A stretch of DNA of 64,000 bases from Salisapilia sapeloensis CBS 127946. Its lineage: Eukaryota; Protista; Oomycota. The notes below the pieces were generated by a model. That model was not told the origin of the DNA, did no database searches, and saw nothing but the letters and a program-made list of their open reading frames with translations. This document shows positions 22,406-33,579 of the stretch, in pieces. The position numbers and the translations under genes are program-made. The DNA is taken from contig JAADVB010000056.1 of the NCBI GenBank assembly GCA_023334545.1, forward strand, positions 23,211 through 87,210. Direction: 5' to 3'. Position 1 is the stretch's first letter. Every line of letters starts with the position of its first letter.

Positions 22406-24522
22406 CGAGGACGAATCGTGTGGTGGAAAAGCGCGTACTGGCTAAAAGATAGCTCCATCGTCCAAACAGCTGGCAGATCTGGTAACTTGGACGAAAGTGT
22501 CCAAGATTCACATTGAGGCGAGTTATTCCAAGAAAGTCTTAGGCGGGACTTCGGAGTAGTATGCTTTCGAGAGACAAAAGGCAGATGAGCCGTGGGTTGC
22601 CTTGACATGGTTTCACTTTCGTACTGAGTATTGTCATTTCCGTTTACATTTACCGACTACCGGCTATTTTAAGCGAAAGCGAAGGAGTACTGGCATCCGT
22701 ACTGGTTTCCCATATGTGCTCAAAAATATATGGGTGTAGACGGCTACGCATATCTGCAGTACATGTGCCGCATAGCTTTCCGCCCACACGAATCCCTCAC
22801 AATACCGCCGACGTCCCTTTTTCGTATGTATATCTTCAATCATCCCACCTTAGAGCTCGCATATCTTCGCTCCGTGCATCTTCTTCAGTTCATTTCGGTC
22901 GTCAAAATGTCCATTGTTAGCTGCCTTCGTATATAGACTCCTTCAGGTTGCCTTGCCAGTTTTGTTAAATGCAAGACATTTCAGGCATACTTTGAGCTCC
23001 CTCTGGTTGACCGGCACACGTTAGTGAAGAAGTGACCTCCAGGATGACCCGGCTTCCCTGGAGGTCTTGCAAATTGAGTGCGGGTTGCTGGTTGTTGGTT
23101 GCGCGCGCTGTGGGGAATCGGAGAATGGGCAGTTTTGTTCAAGGCTCGAAAGAGAGGATGTGACATTAGGCTGGAAAGGTAGCTGAAGGGTCCGAGAGGA
23201 TTACGATGAATAAATGCAGATAAATAAGAGAAGATTGGAAATAATCAAGAAATATATTGCCCAACACGAAAAGTCTTTAGACGGCAGTCCTGCTCCTTTT
23301 TCATCCATTATCCTTGAAAATATACCGAGAAATAAGATTACCTTACTACTACCATTCCGAAAACTACTCAGCAAAGTCCTCTCCGTATTGTATTTTTCGT
23401 AAAATCATTTTTGGCAGTCTAAGATTTACATTTTGGAGGTCTTACATTCGAGTCTGATGATTCAATGAACCGGCGTAGGAAAGTTTGAGTAGAACCAACA
23501 GTAACTACGACGCAAGTAGGGAGCTGACGGAGCTGAAAGTGATCATGGAAATTTATGGCAAAAGCGCATAACATGGAGTTTAGTTGGCGAACAACAGTGC
23601 TCAAGTTACAACTGGTGCTCGGTGACAATCGTACATTGCATATTTGACTTCGATTCCATCATACTCGTCTATTCGCTGTCCATGCATCCAAGCCGCAACT
23701 CTGCGTGAATTAAAAATAGCTTGCTATCCTTAATATCTACGTTGTGAACTAAAGTTCCTCTACTCTGACTAGCAGCTTGATGTCTGAGAGAGATCCCACA
23801 CTTAATTTTGATAAGTTCACACAAGAAAAGATGATACGCGTAAACTGCGTGTCTAGTCAGGCTATACGAGCTTATAAAGCTGCATTTTAAGCATATGAAC
23901 AAGATTCAAGTGGTGTCTACTGAGATGATCAAAGTATAAATTTGACGCCATATTTATTCCAGTGACAAAATTCTGATTTACGTTGCTAGCAGTTACATCT
24001 CACTGGATGCTACTGGTCATTTGTACCCCTTGAATGCCAGTGAAATTTCCCTGGGTACAACTAGATAGATAAAGAAAGGATACTTTGACGCCATGATAAA
24101 GTACCACTGTCTCCACTCACTTGCATTTGACTCATTACGTCATCTGCATAGTGCATGCACAGAATCCCTTTTAAGCTTTACTTCTGGGTACATCCTGTTA
24201 GAACGAGAGCCATACGTTGGATGGTCATCGGTACATGGGACTGAACTATACATCAACCCATGACAGGAAGTCGAGTCCGTAGGGACGCCCTTAGTGCTTT
24301 ATGTCGTTCAAATCATCGTTAAAACAGCTTTACTTTTCAAGATGTTTTCGTGGCATCGCGCTGCTTTATTAACCCATCTCGAAATGAATCGTATCTGGTT
24401 GTACCCAGTGGAATATCCTTGTCCTCTGAATCAAATCCAGCTACAGTCTCATTTCCCATTTCGACCTTCCAAGCTTCACTGTCAATCAAGTAGAAATATA
24501 CTTCTTATCAAAAAGGTTGACT

Positions 24523-25911
24523 ATGTCTACACTTAGAAGTACGAACAAAATACTATGGGAGTATGCTGGGGAAGGAGGTCTAGAAGGCGTTCGCAAAATG
24601 ATTCAAAAAGGTGGTGATGTGAACTATAAGGATGAAGCGAACGGCATTCGGTGGACACCGATAATAGCGGCAGCAATTCGGGGTCATGGCAAAGTGACCG
24701 AGCTATTATTACAGCATGGTGCGGACGTCAACCAGCAGACTACAGAGGGTAGTACTCCCCTTCATGTCGCTGCTCGTACTGGATATGTGGAAGTGAAAAA
24801 ACTGTTGCAATATGGAGCGGATATTGATAAGCAGAATATCGTTGGTTATACTCCACTTCATATTGCTATCCGATCCGGAAGATTGGAGGTGGCAAAGACG
24901 CTCTTACAAAATGGAGCAGAGGTCGATAAGCAGGCCAATAGTGGTTGTACGCCGCTTTATGACGCTGTCCGTTTTGGAAAGATAAAGACTAACGACCTAC
25001 TATTCCAATATGGAGGGGACGTTGAAAAGCAAGACGGATTGAGTGATACTCCAATTCACATGACTGCCAATATTAAACGAGTGAAAGTTATAAATGTACT
25101 CATAGAATATGGCGCGGATATCAATAAGCAAGATGATGTTGTTCCTACTCCACTTCATATAGCTGCCCGCAGTGGAAATGTTGGGGCTGCGATTGTGCTA
25201 CTACAAAATGGTGCAGAAGTAGACAAACGAAGCATGTGGGGTCGTACTCCACTTCATTGTGCTTTTGGAAGCGGAAATTGCGACATTGTGGAGTTGTTAG
25301 CCGATTGGGGAGCAAATCCGAACGTGACAAATAATCTTGGTGTATCTACAACAGGAGCAGTTTCCTCTAGGGCAAGTCCTAATTCTACGGAAATCATTGA
25401 AACTCTTGCGAGGGCTGCCTAGAGATATAAGCGACAGACCGTCCAGGGCTCTTTACGCCAGTCCATCCTCCAAAAGTCAATAGACGAAATGATATCGAGA
25501 TACGAACGCGTGAGAAACGAGATGGAGATGCTCATAGATTGCGAGTGGAAACGTACGCTCGCCTTTGTCCTGTACCATCATAAGATCGAGATGCTCTACT
25601 TTGCATTCCAGATGGATGATACCGACGAGGGGGATGAACTTATCAACTGGATCGGTAGCAAGAAGTGGGTTGAAGCAGCAACATCTTCAGAGAGCTCGAC
25701 CTTCATGCTGCTCAAAGAAATATTTGAAGATTTAGATGCAATGGAACGTATGCTATGGTATGGCTTTGACATCTACGCAGGCTCCAACGATAAGAGATCG
25801 GTGGCGGAGGTACTCTACATTAAGAAGGTAAGGAATGAAACGCAAAGTATGATCACGGAGATCATGAAGCCCGAGAATATGGAGCGAGCTAGGAGAATAA
25901 TTGCAAGCTAG
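24523..25911 (+). pseudogene. Ankyrin-repeat gene (~8 repeats plus an unknown helical C-terminal domain) interrupted by a single in-frame TAG at 25420-25422
   Basis: Track ORFs 24517-25422 and 25489-25911 are in the same frame and the 66 nt between them are open (RYKRQTVQGSLRQSILQKSIDE). TPLH/GADVN ankyrin motifs are present, several of them degenerate. Confidence 0.75.
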
Positions 25912-28900
25912 GCGATGTTTAGGCAGGACGAAGCTAATTGATCAACTTTTCACTTTTCATTTTCTAGTGTCCAAGTGTCGCATCTGCTGCGTTATATGAA
26001 TTTGATCATCCAAACCAAAGAGAAGCGTAAATGCCGATGACCGAAAGAGATTCGGATGCAGCAGTTTGTCGATGAAGCATAGGCAAAAGCCATAATCAAC
26101 AGCTTCCGTCAAAATAGTTTTGGTTGTAAAGGAGAGATACATTGACTTCGAGTAGTTTACGATATTAAGTGTATGTGCAGACACGTACTAGTCGCAACCT
26201 AGTCTACCTGTTCAGCCGTTCTTGATCATGCTTCTTATGGATATGTACCGGTGCTAAGCCGGTCCGTTGATGACTATGTGAAGGATTAAACGATTGACAT
26301 CAGTTAGGGAAGATATAATACTTATACTCTGTTTTACAGAAGTCGAAAAATAGATATTTGATCTATTGCTACAGAATCGCACTAACATTCAATTATTCGT
26401 CGTTTTAATGTGCATCGAGTCTGTCGCGGTTTATTAGGCGATCAGCAAAGTGTCTGCCTTTACTTAAAACCTCAAGCGTGTACAATTAATCTGTAAAAGA
26501 TAGTTTGCATGCCACAGTAGCAACATTCGAGTTTTCTATATCAGTTCGTGGAAACGCATGCGTTCGACAAGTGGATTGGTTTTTAAATCGATAGCTAAAA
26601 CTAATTGGTGCCCCCGCACGCTAAACGCAAAACATAAGTAGGAATCGCTTTATGCCCCAGTACACCACAGGGATTTTGAATTCTGTGCTTCTCATTTAAT
26701 TTGAAGGCAATAGACTTAAGCGAACAGATACCGCGGATACATGAATTTAGCTCTACTGATTGTAAAATATTACGCATATGATACCGTCACACAAAGTCTT
26801 TTTATAATTTGGCAAATTTGCCCTAGAGCAGATAGCGGCAAATACTAACTCTTGTTCCATCTCGAGCTTGAATAGAGCTACGATAATGTCTTACCACCCG
26901 GTTATCTGGTACTAGCTATTGTCACTTATCTGAACGTCTTGTAAAGACATTGCCTCTCATGAATTACAAAAGCAGGATTAAGCTCCACGTCATATGTACT
27001 TTGCAACTGGAGCAGAGTGGTAACATCAAGCTTATAATGTCTAATCATATACGTTTCGACTTCAAAGTGAGGATATAACCATGACGCCTTCTCTGCAGTA
27101 CCTCAATCGCTGTATACATTAATCGACCAGAGGTCTTTCTGTGAAATATGCAAACAACTATTAAAATACTGGTCATCTATGGCTATAAAGTTTGAACCCT
27201 TGGTTGATTGGTTTTACAAAATCATCTACGTTTCTCATGCTCAATAGCACTACTTTCAAGCTCTCCTGCATCAAACTAGCTCCCTATTAGGCGGAGTCAA
27301 ATCTAGTAAAACTTTACCTAATTTTATCTTGTGCAAATTCTCGCTTTTACCCAGTTACTCATCTTTGTCTTTAACAATATATAGCACCTCCGGATGTGTA
27401 TATTTTGTAAAGTTAGTGACTAATTAATGAGTTTTCGGTCTGAAATGCTTCACTATTGTGAATAGTGTAGGACATCGCTTTGGATACCATACACATCATT
27501 TTCATTTTCATTTGGTTGGTTCCATATCTTGTAACATATTTAAGCTATATGATATAGCATATACGGAATTGTTTTTCGACTAGCAGCCCGCAAGATGATA
27601 TGCTATCAAGAACAGCATGGAAGTTGTATCACTCCTAAAGATTGTGCCAATACTGTCCGTAACTTTCAATCAAATCTAGTAGAGTTAACGAAAGCATCAC
27701 AGTGCCATGTCCACTACTAGCTTGCAGGGTTGTGCAGTATAAATAAATATTAGGATTAATTTAAGTGATTAGTTCCTTTTCTGAGGTTAACCGCAGTTTC
27801 CCGTCGAGATTTGCTATCAGTGCTATCTATAATGCAAGTCTGAAGATCAAACTATAGATTTATTTATCAATCATTATCTTGAGAGATGTGAAACATATCT
27901 ATTTATATGTTTCTGAATAGCCTTGCTATTGATACTGTGATATATGTAAAACTGTTTCTGAACGACCTCTTTTCAATTGGTTTGCTGTGTACATGCAGGA
28001 TAGTTGCCAAGTAGTTGCATTGTAGCTCGGTGCCGTATACGAGACTGTGACTTAGTCCCAGATTGTCTTGACCTCCGCATTCAATTAGAAGCGAGAAAGA
28101 ATATCTCTAAGTACGGAGGCATTGATATGTTGGTTATCACTGACGACATTCTAGTCGAACTGCGTCCAATGTATGAAATAGAAACCTCTAGCCCGTCTTC
28201 AGGTTTCGTAGACGAAAAAACAATACTATGGGCCCAGCCACAGCCATACCACACAGACACTTCGAGTTGTACAGGACGCTTCAAAGACCTTCTTCACTTC
28301 AACAGTTAATTTTAATGCTAATGCTCCCGTCGACTTTGACATAGGAGTTAGCAGTACACTGGTCGTACTCACTTTTCCTCCATCTACTAGTGCGCTTCCA
28401 CTTCCGACCCTACGACCTTTCGCGCTCTACCTTGAGGTGTACTCTTACACTTTTCAAGTGAAAGTGATCTTGAAAAGATGCATCGTTTTTCAGTGAGCTC
28501 TCACGAAGCAAGGAATTACATGTAGAGCCTCTAGGTCATCCCAATCGATGCTTTTGAATACGCCCTATTCGCCTAGGCCAAAAGTGGAGAAATGATGAAC
28601 AAACGTTTTTCGTCGATTGTCGAGATCGCTACTTGGCGCCCTCGTGCTCCAGTGTTCGATTGATCCGCGGCTTTTTAAGATCATACAAAAAGCTAGTGAG
28701 TCCAGAATTCGCAACACTTTCCTTACAAGCAGCGCTGTTGCTTCGAATTACTAGCTTTTTGTATGCCTCCGACCGACAAAACGACCTACACAACATCCTT
28801 GAACGAGGACTACGAGGTAGCGATCGAGTCGAGTACGAAAGCTTTTGCAAATGAATTTCTTTTCTTTGACATATATGAATAGAGCATACTCGAAAGTGTC

Positions 28901-29500
28901 TAGTGGACTGATCTAGACTGTCTACAAGTCATTCCTTCGTCTCTAAAAGGACCCAAGTACGTCTACGACCTTTCAAGGTACATCGTATACTGGACGAACC
29001 GATTGCTCCGTGATTGCCAAGCGTGTGCAGTCACGGCATCGAGGTCATCGATAGCTCTATCTTCTTATTTATTAATTTCTCTTAAAAGAAATAGGTGCAC
29101 TATATTTTGAAAATGCCTGCTTGCTTTTCCTATGCATGAGTCAGAGGATCAAGTATTAAGCCAGCATAATGTCGGCGTAGACGAATATCATGCCAAAATT
29201 AGAGGAACGAAGTGGGAATCCGACTCAACTTCTGTATACTAAACGGACTGCTTCCGATGAGAGACGTTAGATCAAACATCTCTTCAAATGTTTACTTGCA
29301 TACACTACTTTTATCGCAGGCAGTCGATGAGAACTCATGACTTCAAAATTGAAAGCACTTTGCCTTAAATCTTTTAACTAAACGCTATACAAATCTACCA
29401 CCAATATCTTATCCGCTCCTTCACATCCAAAGCAGCTAACACTCCTTCCCACTCTTCTTGCAACCAACATGTTAATAGCAGCATCCGACAACACGATACT

Positions 29501-30724
29501 TTACAAATCAAATGGTTTCGTTTCAAGCTCTAGACGGATGTTCAATTTCGCAGATCGCACGAGGTCGACCCATTTCGCTTTCTCAGCCCACATCGACCTG
29601 CTCGGCTTCCTCAGCTCTTGATGCCGATACGTACGGTGCTTTGGAGCAAGACCAATAGGTGGTGTGAATCCACTGGATGGAAAACGCTCGAGATGCTGAT
29701 TTTCAACGTACTTGATGCAGTACTCGATGCCCATCTTGTTCCATAACTCTCGAAGGTCGAGTACTGCCGTGCGATACCAATATCCTGGATGCGTGTATAC
29801 GTCTAGATCTATAAAGATCTGAGCACCGAGCTCCTCGAAGAGCTCTCCGATCAAGTTTCGGAACTCCATGTGCGCTGTGTGCTGACGAACGCGTCGTTCA
29901 GCGAAATCATCATCAGATCCTTCTGCTAGCCAGAACCACCGTTCCCATACGGCTTGCCTGTGCTCTGACCAGAAGCTGACCCACCGTCTATAGCTTCTAG
30001 GTGCTTTGTCTGCATCAAAAGGACATGATAGACTGTTAAAAACGACTTCCCATGGCTTCTTCTCCATGCATTTATGCAGGACTTGAGCTATCTTTACCAT
30101 GTCTGCAACCTCTTCAGGAGATGTAGCTGAAGATACAGCAGAAGCTGGAGCCCTTTTACGCTTGCAAGTAGACTTTGGGTCTGGAGGCTCGAGAGTAGCT
30201 GCGAGGTCTGGATGGGAATGCTGTAATCGTTGCGCGACGGCAGCTTTTGTGGTGGATTCATCGAGTTGTATGGGGATGATCGATATACTATTGCCTTGGC
30301 TTTGTACGTAGCTCTGGAGCTTATCGGCTCGACCTTGGAGGAACTCATCGTAGAGATCTTCTAGCGTACTCATGCAGCGAGTAGTAACGTGGGAGGCCAA
30401 GAAGATAAAGAACGCATGGTAATACAATGGTAGAGGCTGTTCATCTTTTACATGGCTAGATGTAGATGAAGATGGGCTTTCCGCCACAAGTTTCTCGTAA
30501 GCTAGCTTGCGATCATGAGCATTGGCATTGTCCACCGGATGCACAAGGACTAGATATTCTTTCTCATCGATGAATTGCTGAAAGGTCGTGAACTTTTCTT
30601 GGTAGAATTCACTGGCCATTCGAGAGAGCGCATGAAGGTTCTTGGTCGCGAGTCTCAACGCCAAGTAGTCGAAGAAGGCCGTAAGCCGATCACCGCCCGT
30701 GCCTAGCATGGCCTCGGAGGTCAT
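29501..30724 (-). CDS. Hypothetical 407-aa protein with a Trp-rich C-terminal half
   Basis: Long intronless ORF with plausible amino-acid composition (KKPWEVVF...FWSEHRQAVWERWFW...HPGYWY). No domain recognised with certainty. Confidence 0.6.
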   Translation of the reverse strand: MTSEAMLGTGGDRLTAFFDYLALRLATKNLHALSRMASEFYQEKFTTFQQFIDEKEYLVLVHPVDNANAHDRKLAYEKLVAESPSSSTSSHVKDEQPLPLYYHAFFIFLASHVTTRCMSTLEDLYDEFLQGRADKLQSYVQSQGNSISIIPIQLDESTTKAAVAQRLQHSHPDLAATLEPPDPKSTCKRKRAPASAVSSATSPEEVADMVKIAQVLHKCMEKKPWEVVFNSLSCPFDADKAPRSYRRWVSFWSEHRQAVWERWFWLAEGSDDDFAERRVRQHTAHMEFRNLIGELFEELGAQIFIDLDVYTHPGYWYRTAVLDLRELWNKMGIEYCIKYVENQHLERFPSSGFTPPIGLAPKHRTYRHQELRKPSRSMWAEKAKWVDLVRSAKLNIRLELETKPFDL

Positions 30725-31763
30725 GTCAGCGAATTAGTGTGTTAATTCTGACGAATTAGCGCTAAAATGTTTCTAATTGGTATGAAAGACACAAGACAAA
30801 AGGCGGGAAATCGGTATGATCAAATGATGATAAGATGGCAGCAGCAAGTGGTGGATGGTTCACTGTTTCCGTGGGTATTTCTTCTTGCAGTGGGCAGTAA
30901 TCTCGGGTGTATATGCTCAAGAGAGAGAGAGTGGCGGATGTGGAGAATTGCGTCGCCGAGGTGGTCTGATGGGCTGCCTGTAACCCTAGACAAGTTGTAC
31001 GATACGATGCCTTCCTTGCAGAGGTGGCGAGGAGGGTGATCTGGTGGGTAGTACTCGTGTGATGGTATGGTCTTGAGTGGAAGGAAAGGTTTGCATGGAC
31101 GGACAGAAGAATCGGTTTTATGGTTTGCTGACCCCTTTCTACTCCTTCCCAACGACGTCTTCCATCTCTCCATGCAACCCTTTCAGCTCTTTCAGTCAAG
31201 ACTATTTACATGGAGTATTACTGCATCGGACATTTGCGAAAAGGAGCAAGAAATGACGGGGTTTCAGTGCTTCTCCACGGAAACCACTCTCTCTTTTCTT
31301 TTTCTTTTGTATAGAAGATCGCTGCTCATTCGCTTTTCTTCCAGACGAGAAGTGTATTGGAGGTACAGGTTGCTATGCGGTATACCTTGATGAGGTTGCC
31401 ATCATGACAACAAGAGCTCGCCTCTGTCTGTGCCGCCATCCTTCCTGTCCGACAAGCAAGGCATTGCAAGAGCTACTCGAACCTTATTGCCACTTCACGC
31501 TTTGCTCGACCTCACCTGATGATCTGATAATGTATCAGCATGATTGCTCAAACGATTTGTAAGTGTATACTGGAGCCGAGTCATGTACCGCCGAAATGAA
31601 GTTAATGTCTATCAAAACGACATGCATATCCATTCTGATACTGTATACTGGAAATTTGTATGAAACGCTGTATATAAAGTAGGCACATTGGGCTTTTCAC
31701 GTGCAAATGTTCACTTTCCGTTTTTCCTCCAAGCAGACAGATCTCGTTTGAAGAGTTGAAGTG

Positions 31764-33398
31764 ATGTTGGCTGCGCGTAAAATGCGCGCGGTGGTGCGTC
31801 GAAGCGCACGGGCCCTTTCGTCCGTGTCGCGTGCGAAACCGACGGGCGAGACGGAAGAAGCTTTGTTTGAAAAGCGCGACGGATCGAAGGGGCAAATCAA
31901 TAGTGCGCGCGCATTTATCGAATTCGATCGGCAACCGGATCCATATCGGCCTGCCGCAGAGCGCGTGCATGACTGGAATGAAATCCATGAAGACGATCGC
32001 GCGCCGAGTGAACGGAAAGTGCAAGCCGCGCGCTGTATGGATTGCGGCACGCCGTTCTGCCAAACGCACACAGGATGTCCTGTGCACAATCTAATTCCGG
32101 AGTGGAATGAGCTTGTGTATCGGAACGAATGGAAGGAAGCGATTGACCGTTTGCACAAGACGAACAACTTTCCCGAGTTCACGGGAAGAGTTTGTCCTGC
32201 TCCCTGTGAGTCGGCTTGTGTGGCTGGACTGGTCGATGATCCGATCACGATCAAGAATAATGAGTATGCTATCATTGATAGAGCATTTGAAGAAGGATGG
32301 GTCGTGCCGCGATATCCACAGAGGAACGGCTTGAGTGTCGCTGTCGTTGGATCCGGCCCAGCTGGACTTGCTGCGGCTGACCAATTGAACCAGAAAGGGT
32401 ACACAGTCACAGTGTACGAACGGGAGGACCGCATTGGCGGCTTGCTCATGTATGGCATTCCCAACATGAAGCTGGACAAGGCGAAAGTGACTCGACGAGT
32501 CGATTTGTTGGCGGAAGAAGGCATCATCTTTGCACCCAACTCGGAAATCGGGGTCAACGTGTCTGTGGAGCAACTTCAGGAAGAGCATGATGCCATGGTG
32601 CTATGTGTCGGATCCACTTTGCCGCGCGATATTAACGTTCCGGGTCGTGACCTGAAAGGCATTCACTTTGCCATGGAGTTTTTGACCAAGAACCAGAAGA
32701 AGCTTATGCTCACGGTCGACGGAAAGCTTCAGAGTGGATGGGATCGGGACTTTGTCACGGCAGAAGGAAAGGATGTCGTCGTCATTGGCGGCGGAGACAC
32801 TGGTACGGACTGCATAGCAACGTCAATGCGTCACCGATGCAAGTCAGTCGTAAATCTCGAGTGGAACGCCATGCCACCAACGAGCCGCGCTCCGGAGAAC
32901 CCGTGGCCAGAGTACCCTCGCATCTATGGTGTCGACTACGGTCATGGCGAAGTGCGTGCAGTATTCGGTGACGACCCGCGCAAGTACAGCCGCTTCACGA
33001 AGGCGTTCAAAGGCAACGACAAGGGCGAGCTGACTCATATTGTGACGCAAATGTCGGAGCGTGATGCTGAAACCGGTCAGATCGTCGCGATCGAAGGGTC
33101 GGAGGAAGAGCTGCCTTGCGACTTGGCACTCTTTGCCATGGGCTTTTCGAGCCCCGAGCAACAGATTGCAGAGCACTTGGGTCTTGAAATCGATCAGCGC
33201 AAGAACATTCGTGCTGCGTATGGCGCGTACCAGACATCGATCGAAGGCGTGTTTGCCGCGGGAGACTGCCGACGAGGTCAGTCACTTGTCGTGTGGGCGA
33301 TCAATGAAGGACGCGGTGTCGCGGATGCTGTGGAAAAGTACTTTTTGCGTGAAGGTTTCCAGCCGGAGATTATGCCCAAGCAGCAGCGATATGGCTAA
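31764..33398 (+). CDS. gltD: Glutamate synthase small (beta, NAD(P)H-binding) subunit, stand-alone, with a putative mitochondrial presequence
   Basis: [26 protein letters not shown] Fe-S motifs, [57 protein letters not shown]. The N-terminus [20 protein letters not shown] is Arg/Ala/Ser-rich with no acidic residues. Confidence 0.93.
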   Translation: MLAARKMRAVVRRSARALSSVSRAKPTGETEEALFEKRDGSKGQINSARAFIEFDRQPDPYRPAAERVHDWNEIHEDDRAPSERKVQAARCMDCGTPFCQTHTGCPVHNLIPEWNELVYRNEWKEAIDRLHKTNNFPEFTGRVCPAPCESACVAGLVDDPITIKNNEYAIIDRAFEEGWVVPRYPQRNGLSVAVVGSGPAGLAAADQLNQKGYTVTVYEREDRIGGLLMYGIPNMKLDKAKVTRRVDLLAEEGIIFAPNSEIGVNVSVEQLQEEHDAMVLCVGSTLPRDINVPGRDLKGIHFAMEFLTKNQKKLMLTVDGKLQSGWDRDFVTAEGKDVVVIGGGDTGTDCIATSMRHRCKSVVNLEWNAMPPTSRAPENPWPEYPRIYGVDYGHGEVRAVFGDDPRKYSRFTKAFKGNDKGELTHIVTQMSERDAETGQIVAIEGSEEELPCDLALFAMGFSSPEQQIAEHLGLEIDQRKNIRAAYGAYQTSIEGVFAAGDCRRGQSLVVWAINEGRGVADAVEKYFLREGFQPEIMPKQQRYG

Positions 33399-33579
33399 GC
33401 GAATGACATTATATCTCGTTGGATGGGAAGGACTCTGGCGACGTTATTATAGGTGGCGTAGTGTCGGATACGTCTCTCTTGCCCAGACAGGAAGAGCTCT
33501 GGCCACGAGAGGAAGGTGTTTCGAAAGATAATAAGAAATACATAGATCCTGCACGAAAACAACGTTTCTCTTTTATTTG

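Noticed and set aside
20925-25911. Stop-codon reassignment as the explanation for the in-frame stops
   Set aside because: All three stop types occur, frameshifts are present in two pseudogenes, and conserved genes have no in-frame stops and terminate at TAG or TAA.
28004-28309. 101-aa ORF with a DMLVITDD..VELRP segment reminiscent of PD-(D/E)xK or CRN-type domains
   Set aside because: Too short, with no complete catalytic motif and no supporting context.
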